NCBI GenBank assembly: GCA_004764695.1
Contig: SMSO01000025.1
Location: 4,318,862-4,382,861, forward strand
DNA from: Schizochytrium sp. TIO01
Lineage: Eukaryota > Protista > Bigyra: Labyrinthulomycetes
DNA length: 64,000 bases
Direction of reading: 5' to 3'
Shown here piece after piece: positions 63,601 to 64,000 of this stretch (its first letter is position 1; each line of letters begins with the position of its first letter). The notes under the pieces are model-generated. The model was not told the DNA's origin. It was given only the letters and a program-made list of their open reading frames with translations, and made no database searches. The translations under genes were made by a program, and so were the position numbers.

Positions 63601-64000
63601 TCATATCAGCCCTCTAGCAGCAGACTAGATCGCCACCTCTTCGCGCCACTTAGCCTTATCTCTAGGACCTCCACTTCTGGCGAAACCAGTGCGAGGTGGT
63701 TACACAGTCCTGGCGCATCTTTCACGCGCAAAAATCTATCGTGGCTAGTGCAAATGTGGCAAGGCAGCGAGTTATATTCGCAGGTATGCTATTCGCCGAC
63801 ATGGCCTTCGTGTTATTTCTTGACGGCTGTGCTGGGATGACCATTCTCTAGCCTCGCTCGCTCACTCACTTGCTCAGGCGGTCTTCACTTGGGTCCAAAC
63901 CAGGCTTCCAAGGCGAACCCGCCTTCCTCACGAAAATGGGTTCCGCAGAAACACATAGAAACGCATACCGCTTGGTAGTAGTCATAATAGTGCTCGCTAG

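Overview
Eukaryotic nuclear DNA. Genes are long and apparently intron-free, and spacers are AT-rich with many microsatellites. Gene content and style suggest a flagellated protist, probably a thraustochytrid/labyrinthulomycete stramenopile (inference only). I can support 14 protein-coding genes, and all family assignments come from motifs recognised by eye, not from database searches. In order: a partial tiny-macrocysts (TmcB/C)-like membrane protein that the ORF track missed; a DCAF15-like protein; a DeSI/PPPDE-UBL-PUB-STI1-UIM protease; an eIF4B-like/MA3/W2 translation factor; an arylsulfatase; Sds22; a 3846-aa protein of five tandem DUF2254-like membrane modules; RagA/Gtr1; selenoprotein T; a PH-domain protein; an AK9-like protein; a Tudor/coiled-coil/ankyrin protein; a secreted unknown; and a PNPOx-FNR oxidoreductase. 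Four observations stand out. (1) The five-module giant membrane protein is a candidate single-chain pseudo-pentameric channel or transporter. (2) The SelT gene is split by the ORF track at an in-frame UGA (CxxU) and has a SECIS element with an unusually long apical region. (3) The translation factor fuses eIF4B-like motifs to an eIF4G-type C-terminus and lacks MIF4G. (4) The DeSI isopeptidase is built like a ubiquilin shuttle and carries a p97-binding PUB domain. No rRNA, tRNA, CRISPR array or intact transposon was recognised.
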